DNA from: Lama glama
Taxonomy: Eukaryota
DNA length: 64,000 bases
Reading direction: 5' to 3'
NCBI GenBank assembly: GCA_028534125.1
Contig: CM052818.1
Span: forward strand, 31,188,001 to 31,252,000
The notes under the pieces are model-generated. The model made no database searches and was not told where the DNA came from. It saw only the letters and a list, made by a program, of their open reading frames with translations. A program made the translations under genes and the position numbers. Below, one piece after another: positions 23,480-35,872 of this stretch (its first letter is position 1; each line of letters opens with the position of its first letter).

Positions 23480-24062
23480 ACTGTGTATTAGGAGACAAAA
23501 ATCAAACTAGCTATTTGAATAGGGAAAATTGAATATGAATTATTAACTAGTGAAAGGTAGTTCACTACTAAAGGGGGAAACAGAGGACGCTAAGGAATAC
23601 GGGAATAGGAAATGCAGGAAGTGGCTGCCACCGCTAAGGATGAGGGAGGTTACCCCAAGATGGAACGGAGAACTTGGATGAGATTCAGACCACTTTGGAG
23701 AGGGTGTGGCTACAGCCCACTGGATGGTGAAGTTCATTGCGGCACCAGCCAGCTGGAGCTGGAGCACTGGAGGTCCCCCTGCTCTGATCCAGAAAAAGAT
23801 CCCTGGAGGAGCGCCACGAGGTGAGAGAACCCCGATGCTGCTGTCAGTCACGCAGTAGGAAGAAAAAGGCACACTGGAGCCAGGAAGGGGTGCTGTTCCT
23901 CTCCGTGCCTTGTGGTATCTCTCTAGGACCCTCTACCAACCAAACCTAACATTGCACCAGCCGGCAAAGGAGAAAGGTTGACAGGGCCCATCTATAATAT
24001 TACAAAGCAGGGCAAAGAAGAGTGAGTTTGGAGTTGAGAGGCAACCAACTGATGACAGGCAC
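23480..24062. mobile_element. Old ERVL-MaLR LTR remnant
   Basis: cctaacattgcaccagccggcaaaggagaaaggttgacagggccc...agcagggcaaagaagagtgagtttggagttgagaggcaa. Confidence 0.5.
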
Positions 24063-24382
24063 CCCTACTCTGCGCCAGGCACTGGGCTATGCATTTCCTT
24101 CATGAATCTCATATAATCTCAAGCATCATTCTTTGAGATAGATATTAGAAGTCGTGTTTTAGTGTTAGGAAGACACTGAAAGCTGGAAGTAGCCTGAGAA
24201 GGATATGAAGCTAATATACGTGGCTGAGCTGGGGTTTAAAATGATGTGTGCGGGACGTACTCGGGGTCCCTACTCCAGCTAACAGTGCCTCTCTCTGTAA
24301 AGGAGGAAGGACAGTAAGATGCTGCTCATCTCCCTCACCCGCCTCCCCCATGAACTCACGGAAGACTTCCCAGCATTGCTTC

Positions 24383-24460
24383 TTTTTTTTTTTTTTTTTT
24401 AATGCGAAAGTTCTGGGGATTGAAGCCAGAACCTCACGCACTGAGCTGTGTCCACACTCC
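24383..24460 (-). mobile_element. tRNA-derived SINE (camelid-type), internally deleted
   Basis: T18 tail, ctggggattgaagccagaacc (reverse B box), ctgagct (reverse A box). TSD cagcattgcttc / cggcactgcttc at 24371-24382 and 24461-24472. Confidence 0.8.
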
Positions 24461-25769
24461 CGGCACTGCTTCGTAGGCTCTTCTCCTTGGAGAGGCAGAT
24501 GCCCTAGGACTGCCCTAAGGCGCTGATTTTCAAACCAGAATCCCTGAGAGCTTGGTGATATGGAGGCTCTGGGGCCTTCTGTGCAGATTCCAGTGTGATA
24601 GGTTGGGGGCGGGGGCGGGAGTGCTGGAATCCTGATGCATCCAAGAGAAGACCAGCAACCTCCACTGGGCTGGGAGTGGAGAGTGAGATGGGTTACCTGG
24701 CCATAGCTGAGGGAGGGGGAATTTCATGCTAACAAGCTCCTCTAGCCCCAGGGCCCTGCGGGAAGGTCAGTATTGATACCTGGCCAATGAAATGAAAATC
24801 AGATAGGGCACGTTGATCTGCTTCACGGGTGATGAGGTCATGATGGCTCTAAGAGGCCACATTGATTCCTGTGTATCAGTCGGAAAATTGGAAGATGGGC
24901 ACCAGGACCCCGGGCCCCCTTGCCGGGCCGCCCTTTAGGCATATTCCCAGGCAGGGGGTGTTTCCGCACTGCAGCATGCCAGGAGTCCCATCTGCTCGGA
25001 AATAAGGGCTGTCAATGAGGAAACCGGGGGTTCGCCCAAGGGCACCCAGACACTGGGTGGAGCTGAAGTCCAGGCTGTAGGCGGAAAGCTGGGCCAGACC
25101 TGAGGGGCTGCACATTTGCTCCCGGGCAGGGGCGGGTGGTTAGGGGTGAGGGTGCTGGTTCAGCACAGCCTGTGGAAGGGCCAGAACTCAGGCCAGGAAA
25201 TTCCAGAAGTGCCCCTGCGGGGAGAAGGGGAGGCTGAGCCCACGCCCTGACCCCACCAGACACGATAGGAGGTGAGAGAGTTTGAGGGGGAGCCAGGGAC
25301 GGGGCCTTTTTAGGGAACACTAATCCAGTTCACCAGTGACTGGGGCCCCATCAGCGTTACAGTAGCTGATCACTTCTCCTGAGTCCCTGTAGAGATGGCC
25401 ACCTGTAAGTCACGCCCAGGAAGGGAGAATTCAGAAATGTCTCAAGTTCAGTCTGTTCAATTCTACAAAAGCATGAAAACAGCTTAGACTCTTCCTTGTC
25501 ACAGAGCCCCAGAGGCAGAAACCCTCAACATCGTCTGACTTGGGCCTTGTGAATACACAGCAAACACTAGCTGAGGCGTGTCTGTGACCCCCACCAGCTC
25601 TGCCTTCTCGGGGTGATCTCCAGCGGCCGGCTGCTGCCTGTCCCGTGGCGGCCCCCACCTCCGCCCTGTATAGAGTTAGATTCCCACTACCTCTGAGCTG
25701 TGGCCTGGGCCCTAGCCCTCTAGCCTAGCTGCTGTCTGCAAACAAGCATTTAAAAACACCACCTCTAGT

Positions 25770-26012
25770 CCAAACCCATGGAGTTATAACACTGGGAGGG
25801 AGCCCTGGTGTAAGCTGTGGACTGTAGGTGATGATGACGTGTGAGGGGAGGTTCATTGATTGTAGCACGTGTACCACTCGGTAGGGGGTGCTGTGGGGCT
25901 GGGGGGTAGGAGTGGGTGAACAGGGTAGATGGGAACTATCTATAACTTTCCCCTCAATTTTTCTGTGAACCAAAAACTGCTCTAAAAATGAGCCTATTTA
26001 AAAGAGAAAAAA
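25770..26012 (+). mobile_element. L1 (L1MC-like) 3' end
   Basis: ggttcattgattgtagcacgtgtaccactc...ctcaatttttctgtgaaccaaaaactgctctaaaaa. Confidence 0.8.
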
Positions 26013-26554
26013 ATTACTGCTTCCTAATGTGGTTGTGAGAATGATTAAATAAGGTAACATCGTGAAAGGGCCCAGCCCAGGCTTTGGTGCACAGCCGGGT
26101 CCCTGGCAGATGAATGCAGGGTTGGGTATCCCCTCGTAAGCTTGGTGCAGACCCAGAAGGACCCTGAAACAGTGGAAGAAGCGTGTTGCTCATCTCTGTC
26201 ACCCCATCTCCCTCGGGGAGCCCCCTGCGGGCTGGGGGCAGGTGTAAGAATTGAGGACCAGACTGAGCCAAGTGTCCTTAGTAAATCAGGAGACAGGACA
26301 GCAAATATGGCCCAGGTCTGGATATGATAACAGACTCTTGTCTAGGATTTGTAGGACTAGTCCCTCCCTCTCTGCTTCCTTCTCTCCAGATAAACCTCAT
26401 AGCCAACAGAAGGAACCAGAAGGGACTGGCTCTTTGGCAAAAGCGTAAATCTGGCCGGCCCCTCCTGTGCTCTACAGTCCTCACTTGCTCCCCAGTGCCT
26501 TCACCTGGCACATAGGCCTTCCCTCACTTCCTCTGCCCCGCAGCCTCTCTGAGT

Positions 26555-26680
26555 AGCATTTAGTGGTATAGAAAGAGAATGGACAGATGTCTGGAGACCC
26601 AAGTTGTCAACCCAACTCTGGAAGCTGTGTGACCTTGGGAGCAGCTATTCTCCTCTCTGTGCCTTGGTTCCCCCAGATCG
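26555..26680 (+). mobile_element. MIR fragment
   Basis: tagtggtatagaaagagaatggac...gctgtgtgaccttgggagc...ctctgtgccttggttcccc. Confidence 0.6.
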
Positions 26681-27149
26681 GATGCCTTCCTCCCTTCTTT
26701 CACTGAATACACTACTGAGTGCTGACTATGAGCATGATAAAATCTCTAAAGTCCTTCCTATCATGATACTATGTTTTATTTGATGTAGTTCAAATGCACT
26801 GGAAGAAATACACAACCCGGGCGCAAAGTATAAAAGTGAAAATGGAAAGTTCTCCTTAATCATGGTTCCCAGAGATGTGCATTTCCTTCTACGCTCTGCC
26901 TTTCGAATCCCCACTTCTGTGCCCACCTTTGTTTGCAAACTGCTTAGATAACTCTGAAGATTGCAGGACTGTGCCCTTGCCCTCACTAGCTGTCCAGGGC
27001 TGATCCTGGACAAAAGTGGTTGCTTCTTGACCAAAGCTCTTGATTCCCCGAGTCTTCAGGGGTCACACCTGTCCTCCCTGCCAAACCCGCTCTCCTGTGA
27101 GAGGATCCAGAGCTTCTCTGCGGGAAGCACATGATGCTCAAACGAGCAT

Positions 27150-27350
27150 GAGCTCAGCTCCAAACAGATAGGGTTCCAGTTCTAGCTCCAACATTTCCTT
27201 GCTGTGTGATCTTGAGAAATTACTTAACATCTCTGAACCTTGCTGTCTACTTGGTAGAGAAAATAAATCTCTACCTGAAAGGGTCTTGTAAGATTGCATA
27301 AAATGACACAAGTAATGTTTCTGGCCACATAAACAGCAGTACACATTTAT
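27150..27350 (+). mobile_element. MIR SINE
   Basis: gctgtgtgatcttgagaaattacttaacatctctgaacct. Confidence 0.7.
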
Positions 27351-28434
27351 TTAACATGAGCTGTTAGGTGTCTTGCCCTTACCTGAGATAATTCACATGA
27401 AGTGTAGGACGGTGCCTGGGTAAGAACACCACATCCTTTTCCTCACCCTCTTTGATGGTTTTGTTTCCTTCCTTGTGACCACCAGGTGGCAGCATGGGGC
27501 CATGGGATGGAGCCCTCTTTCTCAGTCACCACACTGAAGGTGAGTGCTGGCAGGGACCCTTGGGTGACAGTAACTGCAGAATGTTTACTAAGCTCTTACC
27601 ACACTGGGTGCTGGGTTATGGGGGGCACTTCACAAACACCTTTCTTTAACCCTGGTGAGCTCATATGGAAGGAGGTTCAGTTACCTGCCTCATACAGGGG
27701 AGGGATGCTGGGCTCAGGTAGGAGGAGCTGTAATGGGGCAGAGCCTGGAATCAAGCATCTCCCCTGCGGGCACTTGCCCACTGTGCTTGGCAGCCTCCGC
27801 TAGGTTCCAGGAGCTTCACTGGCTGATGAAGACAGTGAGGGCCAAGGAGGGACTGGAAGCCAGGGCCCTGACCCCAGGCAGGTGCCCTTTCCCATGACCC
27901 AGGGAGAGTCGCCTTAGCCAAGGCCCCCACTGCTGTGAGGCTCAGCCTGGGCTCTCTGGGGGCTGCTGGGCACCCTAGGAAAGCAAACACCCGATTTCAT
28001 GTTGTTTCTGTCTCATCCAACAGGACCCCTTCTGATCCCCAATAATCTTCACCCCTGGGGGCCGCTGTGATTTGTGGAAAACTTCCTCCAAATCTCCAGC
28101 TAATCCTCCTTTGACTGAACTCTTTAGTGATTGCATTTGAGGCTGGTGGCCTTTAATCTCTTCGGCCGCAAATATTCCTGGGGAGGCACACATGCAGACC
28201 TGTGTCCTGCTGGGGCCCGGCGGCCACGGGGCTGGGCTGCGCATACCTGGGACCACCAGCTTGTCCCTCAGCACCTACCTTCTTTTCTCCCCTCTACGAG
28301 TCTCACTGGGCAGCAGGCCAGGAGAAGCCTGGGTCTGCGTGGTGGTGCCTGGACAGGGCAGCTGGCCAGCCGCTGAGAAGCCGGGGTCCCCTGCCCTCCA
28401 GACTGCGTGGTTCTCAGAGGGGTGCTCTTGTTTG

Positions 28435-28580
28435 AAGTTAGGGCCTCAGTTTCCTCCTCTCGTAAATAGAGATAAAAATAGTCCTGTTTCATGGGGATGC
28501 TAAGGAGAGTTTACAAAGGTAACATATTTAGGGAGCTTAAGGCAGAGCCTGAAAGCTAACAAGCCGTCAGAGCTGGTTGG
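28435..28580 (+). mobile_element. MIR fragment
   Basis: gggcctcagtttcctcctctcgtaaatagagataaaaatagtcct. Confidence 0.6.
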
Positions 28581-29692
28581 TATGGTTAACCTAGAGTGTC
28601 TCCCTGCACCCCAGTGACGACCTCGGCCCTCCTCTCTCTCTCCTGCCTCTGGCGGCATGGACCCCAGGATGGCAGCTCCTCACAGAGGCCAAGCAGTGCA
28701 AGGGTGGAGGAGCCACTGTGGGCCGTGCAGGGTCCAGGGGACACAGCAGCAGTTCCAGTGCTGAGGAGAGGCCCAAGGACCCGCCACTCTGAGACAGTGC
28801 ACCGGTGCAGGAGAGATGCCTGGTGTGGCCACGGTCAAGTTTGGGGCTCCAGCTCTTGAGAGATGTACGGGTGCAGGGCCAGGGAGTCAGGCGGGCTGGG
28901 GTGGGGCAGCCTCTGTATCCCTGGCAGGAATGGTCCAGCCCAGCCAGACAGACAGGGTGGTGCCCAGCACCGCCCAGGCAGGGGGAGTTTACAGAGAGAC
29001 ATTGCAGGTGGCAACTGCATGAACTAGGATAAATGATTTAATCTTTCAGGCAAAGTTATAGTATCTTTTGCAGCCCACAAGTCAGCAGGTGCCCCCGCCC
29101 TTAGGAAGGAGATAAGACTGGCTCAGATTCACTGTGGGAGTTCCACTCCCTCCTGGAGACTTAATCCCACCTCCTGACCTCCTGCCTCCACACTTTCCAC
29201 CGCTGCCCTGGGCTCCCAGGTGTGCCAGCATCTCCTCCCAGGTGTTGGTCTCATCATGGAATCCTGTTTCCTTTCCCTGTGTCCATGCTGTACTGAAAAC
29301 CAGAAGTAAAAACTAGTATCTCTCACACTCTTCAGGATAGAAGTTTCCAGACCTTTCTTGGGGGTCATGCCCTGCTTAGCCCAAAGTGCAGAAGCTGTTC
29401 CTTGGCCAGCCAAGAGCCGCCTCCACCACGGAGACCCCTGCCATGCTAGTCCAGCTACACACGGCGTTAGCTTCTACCCTGGCCCAGAGGATCCTGGCAG
29501 CTCATGTGTCAGGTACAGAGGCCATGGTTCCCATCCTACGAAGTGTGTCTTACTGACGGCGTCTCTTACTCCTCTCAGCCTGGAAGTCCTCACCATTCTG
29601 TTCACTGGAGTTTCTCCGAGGAGCCTGGCATATAAAGAGGCAAGGGATACAATATGGGGTCTTTATTCCTACGATTAAAGTAGATGGCATTA

Positions 29693-29785
29693 GGGAGAGG
29701 GTATAGCTCAGTGACTGAGTGTGTGCTTAGCATGCACAAGGTCCTGGGTTCAATTCCCAGTACTTCCACTAAAAAGAAAAAAAAA
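29693..29785 (+). mobile_element. Full-length tRNA-derived SINE (camelid-type)
   Basis: GGGAGAGGGTATAGCTCAGTG (A box), GGTTCAATTCC (B box), A-rich tail, flanking direct repeat atggcatt. Confidence 0.9.
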
Positions 29786-30039
29786 TGCATGGCATTCAAT
29801 CAATACTTTTGTAACATAACGGAAACATTTTGCTCACAATAAAACTTCATGCAGGAACCCAATACTTATAAAAATGGTGAAAAGAGAAAGGCTTGGCTGA
29901 CTCTGGAGAAGGCAGAGGGAATAACCCTAATCCTGGGCTTAATTCCACCCTTCCCCCGCCCTCACCAGGTTCCCGAGAGCAGAAAGGAAAATTAAGATGT
30001 TTCTTTCACCAATATAAGCACGTCCCCTTAACTCTTACT

Positions 30040-30715
30040 AAGACAGATGCAAATTAAAACTGCACTGAGATACTGTTTTTGCTCCATCAGATTTTAAAGA
30101 CCCAAAAGTATGGGAACGCTCTATTTGGGCCAAGGTGAGGAAAACCAGCACTCTTATGCACTGTAGGTAAGACTGAATTGATGCAGAGGGCTGTTTGGCA
30201 CTACCTCGAATACCAATACACGTATCCTGAGACCCGGATAGTCCACGAGCAGAAATTTCTGCTGCAGCTGATCTCTGCACAGAAGGGAAATGACCTTACA
30301 ACGTTGTTCGTAAACAACGCAAAAGGCAGGAAACAAGTACGTGGCCGTCAATGGGGAGTGACTAGAGAAACGGCAGCCCGGACAGTCGGGCCCACTATAG
30401 CCACTAAAATGGGAAAAGATCAGAAAAAGGTCTCCAAAACATATACTGCTAGGTGGAAAGAGCAAGGCGATAGGACAGTGTGTGAAGCGTGCTACCATTT
30501 GTGTAAAAATAAGTGGGGAAAGAATAGAGGTATTTTCTTGCAATTGCATAAAATATTTCTGAAAGAATAACAAGAAACTTGTGTCGCTGGCTTCCTGTAG
30601 TGAGAACTGGGTGGTGGAGAAAGAGGAATGGGACAGAAACTTTTTATTATGTAGCCTTTTGAATTTCAAACCATATGACAGTATATCTTATTCAAAACTT
30701 AAAAATATTGTAAAT
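30040..30715 (+). mobile_element. Old L1 (L1ME-like) ORF2 end and 3' UTR
   Basis: gatgcaaattaaaactgcactgagatac (MQIKTxLRY-type) followed by L1 3' UTR-like sequence. Confidence 0.7.
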
Positions 30716-30949
30716 ATTTTTATATTTAAATATATTAAATAAATATTTAAAAATACAGGCAAGAACAAAGAACACACAGAAAGCAGTCTCATGAGACAAA
30801 ACAAAGACTTGTGTTAGTCTCTTGCTTTAACTAGGCATAGAGTGACTTGTACTCTCAAAGAATCCAAAGTCAAGAGACAAATTCTGTTTTTAAAGATTTC
30901 CTAACATTGCTCAATCAAGTAAGCTTCTAGACTTTTAAACACAAAAGGC

Positions 30950-32485
30950 TGTCAGATTTCTGACTCCTGCTTAGAGTGTAATAGCATTGCTCTCACCCTT
31001 ACCAAAAAAAAGGCCGAATAATTTACAAAATGACACTTTTTCTTGAGCTCGTCAAAGAATGGAAATGGAAGGAAATAAACTAAGCTGAAATTTAAGGAAA
31101 AACAGGCACCTCTAGGAAAAGCTGGGACACAGGTCCTTGCTTATCTGTTACAGCTGTTGGACGCCATACAATCTGGCAAGAAGAATCCAACCGAACTTTG
31201 CAATGAATCGCTAAAGGCCACATGTGGGCCCTGCGTGAATGCACAGACCGCATGGGAGCTGCAGGCTTCAGGGAAACGCACACCCACTTGCAGACTCTTC
31301 TCCGTGGAACACACTGGATGCTCACGAGAAAGGTGAGGGGAGGGCAAGAGACCGAGAAGCCCTCTCTCTCAGTTCAGGTCTTGGGGAGGGGAACAGTGCT
31401 ACCAAAAAAGCATGAAGTCCCACACAAAGTCTTCTCTTTATATCCCTAATGAGAATATATATATATATATAATATCCACTGGGAGAAGGGCAGCAAACCA
31501 TACTGTCCGTAGGGCACAGGTGACAGTCTGGCAGCTGAGAGAAGGAAAGAGTTAAAGCCTCTACCCCGGGGTGTGGGGGGCAAAACTACAGACAGACCAG
31601 TAAGTACCCTACAGATGAGGGGGGCACGGAATCCCTGAAACATCCCCATATCAAGACACAGCACCTGCCTAAGACTGAAACAGAAGCAGAGCAGCAGAGG
31701 CTGCCCCACCCGACCCCACCCCACCCAACCCCAGGCTAATTAGTGTCGAGAAACCGCTAACAGCAGTCCATTGCAGGGAGGGCCTGAAGAGAAGCTTCCC
31801 CAAAGGGACAGGCACAGAGGGCAGCCCTAAAGTCAGGGCTTGCTGTAACATCAGTTCACCCCAAGTTGATCTGTGCGTTTTGTGCAATTCCAATAAAACT
31901 CCCTGCAAAATTGTTAGTAGAAATGGACAGGCTAATGCTAACATGTATGCGGAAAGGCAGAGGGACTTGAAAAGCTAAACCAATTTCGAAAAAGAAGAGC
32001 AAAGTTGCATTACCTGATTTCAAGACTTGATTTTCTATAAAGCCATGATCATGAGGTCAGTGTGGTTTTGGAGGAAAATATATATTAAAAATATTAGTAT
32101 TACTGTTTAATAATACATATGAATAAATGTATTTATATTTTTGGATAAAAATATATTTTAACATAATATAAAAATATATTTTGTATGTATAACACATATA
32201 TATATGTATCATTGGTACAGAATAAAGAATCCAGAAGCAGATCGACATGTTTAGCCAACTGATTTTTCACAAAAGTCCAAAGGAATTCAATGGAGAAAGA
32301 ATGTTCTTCATAAATGATGCTGAAACACTTGACTTGCCATATGCAAAAAAAAAAAAATCAAAAAGCAAACCTTAAGCCATAGTTCTCACCCTATAGAAAA
32401 ATTTCCTCAAAGTGGATCTAAAGGTACCTAAGTGTAATACCTAAAATTATAAAGCTTCTAGAAGAAACAAAGAAAATCTCCATGA
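30950..32485 (+). mobile_element. L1 remnant: 5'-region-like block joined near 31855 to an ORF2 fragment
   Basis: cccaagttgatct...gcaattccaataaaactcc, tacctgatttcaagactt, aattcaatggagaaaga, aaaattataaagcttctagaagaaac are L1 ORF2 motifs. The 5' block is less certain. Confidence 0.7.
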
Positions 32486-33029
32486 CTCCGGCTGCCTGTA
32501 GCTCACACCCTGGGTCTGTGCATGATCCAGCCACAGGGGCCCCAGGTCCTGTCTCCCAGGTCCCTGATTTACTGCCGGGAGACATTTGCAGGTTATTGGT
32601 TATTTTCGTGTAAATGCAGAACCGAAGGTGTTCATCCTTGTAGCAGCTCCTTCTGTTGTGTTTCTCAAGCTTGCCCAGCCAGCCTGAACCTTGCTTCGGA
32701 TTTCTCACCCCCATGCTCAGTCTTGGGTCAGCTGTGAGCCTGATACGTCTGCTCGGGAACGTCACCGAAGCCAGAGAGCAGCTGCTCATTCTAGCCCCCC
32801 GCCCTGGCAGGTACGGCTCCCCTGATTTTCTTCCTGATTAGCGCGTGTTCAGTGAACTTGGAAGGGGGAAAGAAAAAGACCAAACCCACAATTTCTTCAC
32901 TGGGGGTTTAGTCATTTATTCAACTTTTCTCTGTTCTCTCTGTCTGCTTTTCTGTCCGTTTGTCTACCACGTTAACTAGGCCTGAGTCAACCACAGAATC
33001 TCAGAGTGGAAGCTGTTGAACCACGGGTC

Positions 33030-33082
33030 TGTGTGTCTGCGTGTGTGTGTGTGCATGGGTGTGTATATACAGAAGTGTGTGA
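33030..33082 (+). repeat. Imperfect (TG)n microsatellite
   Basis: Seen directly. Confidence 0.8.
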
Positions 33083-34357
33083 GAGGCAGAAACAGAGGCA
33101 GGAAGAAATGAATAGGAATGAGAAACTGAGAAACTTTTTTTCTTGGAGAGAAAGAGCCAGAAATTACATCCGTTGAAAAATATCCTGCCTCTCTCACAGA
33201 TAAATATAGCGACATGGGTAGATGTGTCACCAAATGAAACTTGCAAAACAAATCCGGGAAGAATCACGTGAAGAGGCTGCCGCTGCTGGCTCTCCCCTGT
33301 TGCTCCGCTGGCCCCCCGTGCCCTCCACCCCGTGTCCCCCACCCCACCGACCCCGTGCTCCTGACCACAGTCAGGAGGAAGAGCAAGGAGGGAGGTCTGC
33401 GCCCAGCCTCCCCTTGCATCGCTGTGAAGGGGAGGAGTAGCCAGAGAAACGGTGCTCCTTAAAGGGCTGCTGGCCAGAGGGGCCAGGTCGCCAGATGTTC
33501 CTGTATTGGGAGCACACGTCTCTCTGTTACAGGGGAGTGAAAGCTCAGAACAGGAGGGCAGCCCCACAGGCTAGACCAGGTAGTTGAAACTAAGAAACCG
33601 TGACTCAGACTCAAGGATGTCATTAAAATTATTTGGCCACCAGTACAACAGAGGCACCTACCAGCCAGAATGGACTCCAACCCTTGAGAAAGGGAGGTAT
33701 GGTCACCACGCCCTGCATACTAGCTGAGACTCCCCTTAGACCCACATGCAGTCAGTCCTTCCAGCAGCCCTATGAGGTAGGGATTGGCATCCCATTTTTC
33801 AGATGAGGAGACTAAGGACAGGAGTGATTTGGAGATCTATCTGAGGTCCCGTGGTTGGTCCTGACAGAGCTGCACTGTCTCTACCCAGAGTGTCAGCGGA
33901 GGTCACCTGCCTCTACATGGGGGAGGGCAGACACTCCGCTGGCTTCCCATGCCAGCCCTGCCCGCCCGCAGAAGCCTCAGCCAGCTGTGGTCCCTGCAGG
34001 AGCAGCACCTGGGTCCTAAGCCCTGTGAAAACAGAGGGTTATCCGATCGTTGTGGGTCTTCTAGGAGGAACGATGGAGCGATTTTGCAGTTGTGAGGTTC
34101 TTGGTAACTAGCAGCCCCCTCACCTCCTGACTCAGCCTGGAGCCCCCCTCCAGTGCCTCAAGCATCTGTCCCTCCAACCCCGCTGGAGGGCAGGGACACT
34201 TCTCTTACTTGGCCAAGCAATAGCACCTTCAGCTCATGGGCTCTGAACTCCGATGGGAAGTTTCTTAACATCTTTTGGATGATGTTCAAACCGACCGGGA
34301 TTCCAATCCCACCTTGGCCACTCCCCAGCTCTGCAGCCTTGGGAACAGTAATGCCTT

Positions 34358-34835
34358 TGTATTAGTTTCTTATTGCTGCTGAAACAAATGACCACAAATG
34401 TAGTGCCTTAAACAACACAACTTTATCATTTTACAGTTCTGGAGGAAAGGTGCCAGAATCAGTCTCACTGGGTTAAAGTCAAGGTGTCTGCAGGGCTGTG
34501 CTCCTTCTGGCTCCAGGGGAAAATCCATTTCCTTGCCTTTTCCAGTTTCTGGAGGCTTCTTGCATTCCTTGGCTCGTGGCCCTGCATCACTTGGACCACT
34601 GCTTCCATCACTACATCTCTCTCCAATTCTGGCCCTCCTGTCTCCCTCTTATAAAGATCCTTGTGATTACCTGAGGTCTCTCTGATAATCCAGGATAATC
34701 TCCACCCCCCCATCCCCTAGTGCTTAATCACATAAGCAAAGCCCCTTTGCCATGTGTGGGAACGTATTCACAGGTTTTGTGGATCAGGGCATGAACATCT
34801 CGAGGGAGAGGAGGAGCATTACTCAGCTTGCCACA
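34358..34835 (-). mobile_element. MLT1-type (ERVL-MaLR) solo LTR inserted in a MIR
   Basis: TG...CA termini (tgtattagtttcttattgctgctg ... agcttgccaca) and typical MLT1 body. MIR sequence resumes as cctcactttcctcatttgtaaaaag. Confidence 0.88.
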
Positions 34836-35639
34836 CCTCACTTTCCTCATTTGTAAAAAGAGGGTGATCATCAGTATCTCACAGGTCTGCTGGGAGGACC
34901 AATTACATTACAAAGTGGCTAGCCCAGTGCCTGACACAAAGTTTAAAACGAGGTCCTAAAAAGGAGGTCTCTGCCCTCCTCCCCTCCTGGTCAGCTTTCT
35001 CTGGAATCTCTGGTGCCTGTTCCCAGGCCTGGCTCTCAGTGGAGACTTCAGGAATCCCTGTTGAAATAAGACATGGCGGTGATGGATGGCTCTAACCTCC
35101 CAAACGCTGAGGCAGGGCTGTTTGCAAATTTAAAGGCTTCTAGGCAGCAGAGGGAAGAGTTTGAGCAGAAACATGGAACGGTATGTTCAGGGACATCAAT
35201 TCCAAGTGGTTTCTGTTGGGAAAGCTGAACAGAGAATCATTCCATCTGCATTCCCCATGTCAGAACTTCTCTCCCAGGTTGGCTTGGCTGAGACCCATTC
35301 CAGCTCTGAGCACCTCTCCCTGGAGGCAGCGGTGGGGCCCTCTGCAAGGGGGCAGGGCAGACAGAGCACCACATCCTTGCTCACTGCCCAGGCATGGGGC
35401 GGGGGGGTGGGTGATAGCTGCAGGTGACAGGGGCTGGAGCAGCAGGTGGCTAGTCTAGGAGCACAGATGGGAAGGCCCCATATTCTGGAAGGAATTCAGA
35501 GCACTGAGGGTGCTGTGTTCTTCATGGGGGAGGCAGAGGACAGGGAGGGGGCCAGCACCCCAGGAAGCCCCGCTGATTCTCCCTGTACCAGAACGCTCTC
35601 AGCCAGCATAGTCTAAACCCATTTTTATCCAATACTCTT

Positions 35640-35872
35640 TTGTTTGTTTGGTTTTGGTTTTTATTTTTTTAATTTTGTTTTTTATTGAAGTCTAATTGAT
35701 TTACAATGTTAGTTTCAGGTATACAGCAAAGCAATTCAGTTATACATATACATACTTTTTTATTTTAGATTCTTTTCCATTATATGTTTTTATAAGAAAT
35801 GGAATATAATTCCCTTTGTTGTACAGTAGGACCTTGCTGTTTATCTGTCTTAAATATGGTAATGTGTATTGA
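35640..35872 (-). mobile_element. 5'-truncated L1 3' end with 13-bp TSD
   Basis: T-rich tail, ttttattgaagtctaattgatttacaatgtt body. TSD atccaatactctt at 35627-35639 and 35873-35885. Confidence 0.88.

Noticed and set aside
29693..29785. tRNA gene
   Set aside because: A and B boxes are present, but the A tail, flanking repeat and two related copies in the window indicate a SINE.
30700..30755. AT-rich quasi-palindrome (cruciform candidate)
   Set aside because: Low-complexity decay of an L1 tail; the symmetry is imperfect and expected by chance.
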